DNA of 32,000 bases from contig NZ_LN831024.1 of NCBI RefSeq assembly GCF_001457615.1, positions 1,470,001-1,502,000 of the forward strand, in the 5' to 3' direction. The position numbers and the translations under genes are program-made. The notes beneath the pieces were generated by a model. The model was given only the letters and a program-made list of their open reading frames with translations, searched no databases and was not told the DNA's origin. Below, piece by piece: positions 12,421 through 18,109 of the stretch. Numbering within the stretch: the stretch's first letter is position 1; every line of letters begins with the position of its first letter. The stretch comes from Pseudomonas aeruginosa. GTDB taxonomy: Bacteria; Pseudomonadota; Gammaproteobacteria; Pseudomonadales; Pseudomonadaceae.

Positions 12421-13206
12421 ATGCAGCTCGAGTTCCACCAGGTCGACGCGTTTTCTTCCCGCCCGTTCAGTGGCAATCCCGCCGTGGTCTATCGCCTCGA
12501 CGCCTGGCTGGCGGACGAGCTGATGCAGATGATCGCGACCGAGCACAACCTCTCCGAGACCGCCTTCGTCGTTCGCGAAGGAGAGGCCTGGCGGATCCGC
12601 TGGTTCACCCCGAGCGTCGAGGTGGCGCTCTGCGGCCACGCCACACTGGCTGCGGCCCACGTACTGTTCGAGGTCTACGACGAGCCGGGCGAGCGCCTGG
12701 AATTCATCTCGCGCTCCGGTGCGCTGCGGGTCAACCGCGAGGACGAGCGGCTGGTCCTGGATTTCCCCGCGCAGTATCCGAGCGAGGTCGGTAGCACCGT
12801 CGAGCTGGAGCAGGCCCTGGGCCTGCCGCCGGTGGACGTGCTGGGCTCCACCGACAAGCTGCTGGTGCTGCTCGAGTCCGAAGAGGCGGTGCGCGCCTGT
12901 CGCCCCGACTTCGCGGCCCTGGCGCGGCTGCCCTGGCGTGGAGTGATCGTCACCGCGCGGGGTCTGCAGAAGGATTTCGTCTCGCGCTTCTTCGCCCCGG
13001 CGATGGGCGTCGACGAAGACCCGGTCACCGGCTCCGCGCATTGCAGCCTGATTCCCTACTGGGCCCAGCGCTTGAACAAACTGTCGCTGACCGCCCAGCA
13101 GTGCTCGGCGCGCGGCGGCGAGCTGTGGTGCCGGTTGGAGGGCGAGCGGGTGAGTATCGCCGGGCATGCGGTGCTGGTGGCGAGCGGAAGGATTCGATTG
13201 AGCTGA
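12421..13206 (+). CDS. PhzF-family isomerase-like protein
   Basis: The ATG at 12421 follows AGGAGG (12409-12414) and is internal to track ORF 12307..13206. 261 aa beginning MQLEFHQVDAFSSRPFSGNPAVVY, with HNLSETAFV, CGHATLAAAHVL and DPVTGSAHCSL, which are typical PhzF/YddE motifs. Confidence 0.88.
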   Translation: MQLEFHQVDAFSSRPFSGNPAVVYRLDAWLADELMQMIATEHNLSETAFVVREGEAWRIRWFTPSVEVALCGHATLAAAHVLFEVYDEPGERLEFISRSGALRVNREDERLVLDFPAQYPSEVGSTVELEQALGLPPVDVLGSTDKLLVLLESEEAVRACRPDFAALARLPWRGVIVTARGLQKDFVSRFFAPAMGVDEDPVTGSAHCSLIPYWAQRLNKLSLTAQQCSARGGELWCRLEGERVSIAGHAVLVASGRIRLS

Positions 13207-13271
13207 GGGCCGCTTCAGGAGGGGGGATGACCTCGTGCATGCCAGACCTCCACATACCGAAGCCCTGATCC

Positions 13272-13353
13272 GTAGGGTGAATAACCGCTTGCGGTTATCC
13301 GCCGCTTATCCGGGAGTATCGGCGGATACCGCCTGTGGCGGTATTCGCCCTAC
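13272..13353. repeat. REPIN-like doublet: two inverted REP hairpins separated by a spacer
   Basis: GTAGGGTGAATAACCGCTTGCGGTTATCCGCCG - 15 nt - CGGCGGATACCGCCTGTGGCGGTATTCGCCCTAC. Its reverse complement matches the doublets at 15471-15551 and 15700-15780, so this copy is in the opposite orientation. Confidence 0.85.
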
Positions 13354-13588
13354 AGGCCCTGGAAACACCGGACAGCTCCCCCGGACATTTCCGCAGGCTC
13401 TCTCAGAAGCCCGGGAATTGGATAAAAACCCAGTAGGAGGATGATGGAGGGGCCGGCAAATCCATCCCGCAGGGACAGGACCGAACGGCACTGCCCTCTA
13501 TTTTCTGAGGGCAAAAAAGACGCGGGCCGCAGGTGCGGGAACACCTACGACCCGCTAACCACAAACCAGCTTATAAAGGAGCTGACCC

Positions 13589-13903
13589 ATGGCTAAGCCG
13601 AATGATACGTCCAACCCCGAGGTAACAGAATCGTCCCCCCGCTTCGTCCCGCTGCTACCCACCTCCCAGGCCGACATGTGTCCGCGTAGCGCCACCCTGT
13701 ACGTGGACACCCATGCACTCCCCACGCACTTGTTCGACAACGCGAAAGTGCGCTTGAGGTCGGCGATCAACATCCTGGCCATGACCCGTTTGCTCGATGA
13801 GAAAGAAGAGCCCGGCGGCACCCTGGCCTACATCAACGGTGCGTTGCTGTCGCTGCTCAGCGATGCCTTGTCCGAAATCGAGGCGGGCCACCCGAGCCTG
13901 TAG
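13589..13903 (+). CDS. Hypothetical 104-aa cytoplasmic protein directly upstream of the CRISPR leader
   Basis: Strong SD (AAAGGAG) lies 7 nt before the ATG at 13589. G/C at third codon positions is about 80 percent by hand count, which is host-like. It is followed by a stem-loop. The N-terminal third looks disordered (Pro/Ser/Thr-rich) and the C-terminal two thirds look helical. No motif that I can assign to a family. Confidence 0.7.
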   Translation: MAKPNDTSNPEVTESSPRFVPLLPTSQADMCPRSATLYVDTHALPTHLFDNAKVRLRSAINILAMTRLLDEKEEPGGTLAYINGALLSLLSDALSEIEAGHPSL

Positions 13904-13922
13904 CGCCGCTCCCTGGCGCGAC

Positions 13923-13947
13923 GCCCCCGGCCTGGCCGGGGGCTTTG
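13923..13947 (+). terminator. Stem-loop terminator candidate after the 104-aa ORF
   Basis: GCCCCCGGC-CTG-GCCGGGGGC has a 9-bp perfect GC stem followed by TTTG. The U-tract is short, hence only moderate confidence. Confidence 0.55.
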
Positions 13948-14172
13948 CGGCATCGCCATCACAAGACCTTTCGCGCCCGAACGGCACGCTTGATCGCCGT
14001 CCCGGTCCTCGCGAAACGGCCGCCAATTGCCCGAAGCTTCCGACCCTTTTTTCGGACGATTTCTTACGCCCTTATAAATCAGCAAGTTACGAGACCTCGA
14101 AAAAAGAGGGTTTCTGGCGGGAAAAACTCGGTATTTCTTTTTCCTTCAAATGGTTATAGGTTTTCGGGGCTA
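13948..14172 (+). promoter_or_regulatory. CRISPR leader
   Basis: The last ~130 bp directly 5' of repeat 1 (about 14040-14172) are conspicuously AT-richer than the surrounding DNA. Candidate sigma70 promoter: TTCGGA (14051-14056), 16 nt, TATAAA (14073-14078). IHF-consensus-like AATCAGCAAGTTA (14077-14089) matches WATCARNNNNTTR. Leader placement agrees with repeat orientation and with the degenerate repeat at the far end. Confidence 0.75.
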
Positions 14173-15028
14173 GTTCACTGCCGTATAGGCAGCTAAGAAA
14201 GCTAGTTCGTCAGCAAGAAGAGCGGCCCGCTAGTTCACTGCCGTATAGGCAGCTAAGAAATTGCTGGCGCCGCCGGTGAGCTTCGCGTACTCGTTCACTG
14301 CCGTATAGGCAGCTAAGAAAAAATAAAGAGTGCCTTTCTTACTGCTGATCAAGTTCACTGCCGTATAGGCAGCTAAGAAATGGTCGTCTCGCAATCCGCC
14401 TCGGCCGCTGGCGTTCACTGCCGTATAGGCAGCTAAGAAACGGTAGAGACGTCGGTGAGCGCTGCGATCTGCGTTCACTGCCGTATAGGCAGCTAAGAAA
14501 GCAATCGATCAGGCTATGACCGCCGAAGCCTAGTTCACTGCCGTATAGGCAGCTAAGAAATCGACGTTGCCGACCCGCGGCCGCGCCCGGTTGTTCACTG
14601 CCGTATAGGCAGCTAAGAAATCGGCCAAGGCTCCGGCATCGAGCACGATGCCGTTCACTGCCGTATAGGCAGCTAAGAAATTGAGGAACAGGCGCGCTAC
14701 GTCCGCCGCGAAGTTCACTGCCGTATAGGCAGCTAAGAAATTGATGATGCCGTCCTGCTGTTTGCCGGCGATGTTCACTGCCGTATAGGCAGCTAAGAAA
14801 TACGGGCAGTCACGGCGAAAGGCACTCAGCGAGTTCACTGCCGTATAGGCAGCTAAGAAATCGCGCAATGATTTCAGCCGCGGAGCGCATAGGTTCACTG
14901 CCGTATAGGCAGCTAAGAAAATAGATAACACGTGTGACCGCGACCACTACCGGTTCACTGCCGTATAGGCAGCTAAGAAACTCAAGAAAGAGCAGAACGG
15001 CCAGCTTGCGCCGTTCATTGCCGTGTAG
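14173..15028 (+). CRISPR. Type I-F CRISPR array: 14 identical 28-bp repeats, 14 unique 32-bp spacers, plus a truncated 15th repeat
   Basis: GTTCACTGCCGTATAGGCAGCTAAGAAA starts at 14173 and recurs every 60 bp through 14953 with no repeat SNPs. It carries the Cas6f/Csy4 hairpin CTGCC-GTATA-GGCAG and the CTAAGAAA 5'-handle sequence. The terminal repeat at 15013-15028, GTTCATTGCCGTGTAG, has 2 mismatches and ends inside the hairpin loop. This is the canonical P. aeruginosa (Yersinia-subtype) I-F repeat. Confidence 0.99.
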
Positions 15029-15430
15029 TCCCGTAGGGCGAATGCCGCCATAGGCGGTATCCGCCCTACGGATCGGGTTCCTGGCATCCACGAAGTGAGG
15101 CTTGCCCTCCAAGTGGTGGGGCGGCAAACCCGCCCCGTCAGGAGGCCGAGCGGAATCGTTGCGGAGGGGGACGAGTGGCAGGATGCCGCGAGAGCCGCCT
15201 CGGTCCACGAAGGACCGTGGCGGCGTGCCGCCGGGAGCAACGATGCAGCGAGGGCACCCCAGCCGAGAAGCGGCTGGGGCCGGATGCCGGGGCGAGTCTT
15301 TTGGTTCCTTTTGGACGCTTGCAAAAGGAACTCGCCTGGGAAGGCGAAACAAGAGGCCAAGGCAGGCACAGAAAATAGCTTGACCACCAAACATGACGCC
15401 CGCTCAAGCGCTAAGCAACAGCGCCCCCCT

Positions 15431-15451
15431 CACTGCCGTGTAGCTAAGAAA
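15431..15451 (+). repeat. Partial CRISPR repeat fragment between composite units 1 and 2
   Basis: CACTGCCGTGTAG-CTAAGAAA is repeat positions 4-16 fused to positions 21-28. The GCAG of the 3' stem arm is missing, so the Cas6f hairpin cannot form. Confidence 0.85.
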
Positions 15452-15917
15452 TCGCGAGCGATATAGTCCCGTAGGGCGAATACCGCCATAGGCGGTATCC
15501 GCCGATGCACTGGAGAGCCGGCGGATAACCGCAAGCGGTCATTCGCCCTACGGATCGGGCTCCTGGCATGCCCTCCGAGTGGCAGGGCGAGTCTTTTGGA
15601 CGCTTGCAGAAGGAGCTCGCCTGGAAAGGCGAAACAAGAGGCCAAGGCAAGCACGACAAGCAGCTTGAGCAGCAAACATGAAGCCCGCTCGAACGTCCCG
15701 TAGGGCGAATACCGCCACAGGCGGTATCCGCCGATGCCCCGGACAGCCGGCGGATAACCGCAAGCGGTTATTCGCCCTACGGATCGGGCTCCTGGCTTGC
15801 CCTCCGAGTGGTGGGCGAGTCTTTTGGACGCTTGCAGAAGGAACTCGCCTGGAAAGGCGAAACAAGAGGCCAAGGCAAGCACGACGCCCGCTCAAGCGCT
15901 AAGCAACAGCTTCCCCC

Positions 15918-15937
15918 CTTAGTGCCGTGCAGGCAGC
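15918..15937 (+). repeat. Degenerate CRISPR-repeat-like fragment at the end of composite unit 3
   Basis: CTTAGTGCCGTGCAGGCAGC compares with GTTCACTGCCGTATAGGCAGC. The 3' arm GGCAGC is retained, the CTAAGAAA tail is lost, and there are several substitutions and one deletion. Confidence 0.6.
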
Positions 15938-16059
15938 GACGGGAGCTGGGGGCCAGTCACGCATTCACGGCCCGCCAGGCAGTCCCCGTGCACCCGGTGC
16001 CGAAACGCCACCTTCGTGCCCTGCGTCATGGCCAATGCTCCACGGCAAGTCGCTACCCC

Positions 16060-16482
16060 TCAGTACCCATCCGCCACCGGTGCCAGGTAGAGCCCGCCCG
16101 CACCGAGGGTAATGCGTAGGTTGCGGATCTCTCCGGCGCGCAGGGTCAGGGTCTGTCCGGCGAGGATGGTCATGCCGTTCCGGCAGGCGTCGCCAGGACC
16201 GTTCGGCGCAAGACGCACGTCCACCGCGCCGGGTTGCAGGTTCAGGGCCAGGCTGGCGCCCGGTTGCAGGTTGCCGACCAGTTCGTCGTGGACGTACAGG
16301 CCGACATCGCAGGCAGTGCCGGACTCGACCCGCTCGCGGGAAACGTTCAGCACCGCATAGCCGATCGGCGCCGGGTCGGGTTGCGCCCAGCCGCCGCTGG
16401 CCGGTTGCGGGTCCGCGGCGAGCGCCGGGAGGGCGCAGGCCAGGGCAGCGGTATGGAGCAGCGGGCGAAGGATGGGGAACAT
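16060..16482 (-). CDS. Hypothetical exported protein (about 140 aa, Sec signal peptide)
   Basis: The ATG at 16482 is internal to track ORF 16060..16557. MFPILRPLLHTAALACALPALAADPQP is a signal peptide with an ALA-AD cleavage site. The mature part is Gly/Leu/Asn-rich and looks beta-rich. It lies downstream of the cytochrome b561 gene on the same strand. Confidence 0.7.
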   Translation of the reverse strand: MFPILRPLLHTAALACALPALAADPQPASGGWAQPDPAPIGYAVLNVSRERVESGTACDVGLYVHDELVGNLQPGASLALNLQPGAVDVRLAPNGPGDACRNGMTILAGQTLTLRAGEIRNLRITLGAGGLYLAPVADGY

Positions 16483-16581
16483 GGCGGGCCTCGGCGGCGG
16501 GGGGCGTAAGGAAAAGCTTGGCCGAAGCCGGGGCCCGGGACAAGTCGGGACGGGCATCCGCGTGCCCGTCCGTCGCTGGGG

Positions 16582-17112
16582 TCAGGCGCCGCGTTGCGGC
16601 AGCATGGCGCGCAGTACGTCGTCCTTCTGCACGCGGTGATGCCAGATGGCAGCGGCGGCGTGGCCGAGGATCAGCGCGAAAAGCAGGTACTGGACGGTGA
16701 CGTGGGTGCCGCCGGCGAACGCCTTGAAGGCTTCCGGCAGGTCGAACGGGCCGATCTGCACCAGCCAGAACAGGTCCAGCGGACGCTTGCCGGCGAGCAT
16801 GCCGGAGAGCGGCATGACGATCAGCACCGCGTACAGCAGGAAATGCCCGGCCTTGGCGGCCGCGCGCTGCCAGTCCGGGTTCCCCTCCAGGGTATCCGGG
16901 ACACCCTGGACGCGGCGCAGCGCCAGGCGTGTCAGGGTCAGCAGGAGTACCGCCACGCCCAGCGACTTGTGCAGGGTGAAGACGTTGCCCTTGCCGCCGA
17001 GCAGGCCGGCGAAGAAGTCGGCGCCGTAGGGCAGGGCGATGATCAGCAGGACCGCGACGGCGCTGAGCCAGTGCAGGGCGATCTGTGACGGGGAATAGCG
17101 GCGGATGGACAT
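16582..17112 (-). CDS. Cytochrome b561 family protein (CybB-like)
   Basis: 176 aa. MSIRRYSPSQIALHWLSAVAVLL places a conserved His in TM1. Four TM helices with further His residues (HKSLG, GHFLLY, GHAAAAIWHH) in the positions of the haem ligands. Confidence 0.88.
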   Translation of the reverse strand: MSIRRYSPSQIALHWLSAVAVLLIIALPYGADFFAGLLGGKGNVFTLHKSLGVAVLLLTLTRLALRRVQGVPDTLEGNPDWQRAAAKAGHFLLYAVLIVMPLSGMLAGKRPLDLFWLVQIGPFDLPEAFKAFAGGTHVTVQYLLFALILGHAAAAIWHHRVQKDDVLRAMLPQRGA

Positions 17113-17231
17113 GGTTCTACCTCGTGAAGAACAAGGTGAACATGTTAACCATGTGCTTTGTAGGGTTTAAGCCTCTTTACTCCGCCTTTACCCGTTCTTG
17201 ACGCTTTGTCGGTTACCGGATATTTCGAGGA

Positions 17232-17262
17232 TTGACCTTGACACCATGTCAAGGTCGAAAAT
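17232..17262 (+). promoter_or_regulatory. MerR/CueR-type promoter-operator upstream of the copper chaperone gene
   Basis: -35 TTGACC (17232-17237), a 19-nt spacer, then -10 GAAAAT (17257-17262). A perfect dyad GACCTTGACA-CCA-TGTCAAGGTC (17234-17256) fills the over-long spacer, the architecture of MerR-family activated promoters (compare E. coli copA ACCTTCC-N7-GGAAGGT). It lies 33 nt upstream of the ATG. Confidence 0.75.
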
Positions 17263-17294
17263 CGCCCCATCGATGACCAACAGGAGGCAATACC

Positions 17295-17492
17295 ATGCAA
17301 GTCTTCAAGGTTCAGGGCATGACCTGCGGCCACTGCGTACGGGCGATCACCCATGCGGTGCAGGCGAAGGATTCGGCGGCGGACGTCCAGGTGGATCTTG
17401 GCGCCGGCGAAGTCCGGGTCGCCAGCCGGCTCGACAGCACCCAGGTACTCGAGGCGATCCGCGAGGAGGGCTACGGCGCCGAGCTGGCCTGA
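17295..17492 (+). CDS. copZ2: Heavy-metal-associated (HMA) domain copper chaperone, CopZ-like
   Basis: 65 aa with the GMTCGHC metal-binding motif at residues 8-14 and a ferredoxin-like HMA length. SD CAGGAGG at 17281-17287. Its position next to nalD matches the P. aeruginosa PA3574a/CopZ2 locus, from memory. Confidence 0.88.
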   Translation: MQVFKVQGMTCGHCVRAITHAVQAKDSAADVQVDLGAGEVRVASRLDSTQVLEAIREEGYGAELA

Positions 17493-18109
17493 CCCCAGTC
17501 GCGCACCAGGCCACGGAACATCGGCTCCAGCAGGTGTTCCGCGTCCGTATCCGGATCGAACAGGCGCGGGTCGCGCAACCAGTCGTTGAACAGGCCCAGG
17601 ATCAGCGCGTGCAAGGCGCGCGAGGCGATCCTCGGGGTCATGCCCGGATGCAGCCGCACACGGCATTCGTCGCGGGCGAACAACTGCTCGCAGAGTTCGA
17701 TGAACATCTGCACGAAGGCGTTGTTGCGTTCCTGCGCCTCGCGCAGTTCCTCGGTGAATTCGCAACGTTGCATCAGGATGGTCAGGATGCGGCGCTTCTT
17801 CTCCTGCGTCAGCAACGATTGCACGGCCTCCAGGCAGAGGTCGTAGAGCGAGCGCAGCGGGTCGCTGCCATCGCAGCCGGACAGGCGCTCGGTGAGTTGC
17901 TCCGGCGGCAGGCGTACCTGGTTGAGCATCTCGTTGAACAGGTGGGCCTTGTTCTGGAAGTGCCAGTAGACGGCGCCACGGGTCACCCCGGCGGCCCTGG
18001 CGATCTGTTCCAGGCTGGTATGGGACACGCCCTTTTCCAGGAACAGTTCCTCGGCGGCCAGGAGGATGGCCGTACGGGTTTTTTCAGAATCTTCCTTTGT
18101 GCGTCGCAT
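17471..18109 (-). CDS. nalD: TetR-family repressor NalD (secondary repressor of mexAB-oprM)
   Basis: 212 aa with the TetR helix-turn-helix TRTAILLAAEELFLEKGVSHTSLEQIARAAGVTRGAVYWHFQNK. Length and neighbourhood (divergent MFS pump, mmsR beyond) match PA3574 nalD. Confidence 0.88.
   Translation of the reverse strand: MRRTKEDSEKTRTAILLAAEELFLEKGVSHTSLEQIARAAGVTRGAVYWHFQNKAHLFNEMLNQVRLPPEQLTERLSGCDGSDPLRSLYDLCLEAVQSLLTQEKKRRILTILMQRCEFTEELREAQERNNAFVQMFIELCEQLFARDECRVRLHPGMTPRIASRALHALILGLFNDWLRDPRLFDPDTDAEHLLEPMFRGLVRDWGQASSAP

Larger units (their letters stand above)
15029..15937. repeat. Three tandem composite extragenic repeat units (REP/REPIN plus a conserved ~70-bp core) replacing the CRISPR trailer
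   Basis: Unit 1 is 15029-15430 (402 bp) with a single REP hairpin at 15033-15069, a ~170-bp unit-specific insert and the core at 15291-15369. Unit 2 is 15466-15694 with a REPIN at 15471-15551 and the core at about 15586-15655. Unit 3 is 15695-15937 with a REPIN at 15700-15780 and the core at about 15814-15885. Units 2 and 3 differ at only ~8-9 positions over ~190 shared bp by eye. Confidence 0.9.

Noticed and set aside
13441-13596. 51-codon ORF (MMEGPANPSRRDRTERH...) preceded by AGGAGG and overlapping the start of the 104-aa ORF
   Set aside because: The SD abuts the ATG with 0-3 nt spacing. The ORF is rich in rare codons for this genome (AGG three times, CTA twice, ATA, TTT, TCT) and has poor third-position GC. 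It is probably non-coding 5' region.
14230-14931. Track ORFs 14230..14478 and 14530..14931 (minus strand), with the recurring peptide FLAAYTAVN
   Set aside because: These are translations of the CRISPR repeat read every 60 bp (20 codons). The periodic identical peptide is an artefact of the array, not a gene.
14810-15902. Several 60-190-aa ORFs on both strands across the trailer (14810..15394, 14947..15390, 15095..15466, 15430..15882, 15548..15895, 15678..15902)
   Set aside because: They lie entirely within REP/REPIN and composite repeat units and overlap each other in multiple frames. They repeat the same peptide blocks (for example LASCFAFPGEFLLQASKR) because the DNA is repeated. None has an SD or start-codon context.
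15965-16557. 192-aa ORF 15965..16543 and the 25-codon N-terminal extension of ORF 16060..16557
   Set aside because: The 192-aa frame overlaps the exported-protein gene out of frame and is Arg/Pro-rich. The extension precedes a textbook signal peptide beginning at the internal Met (16482).
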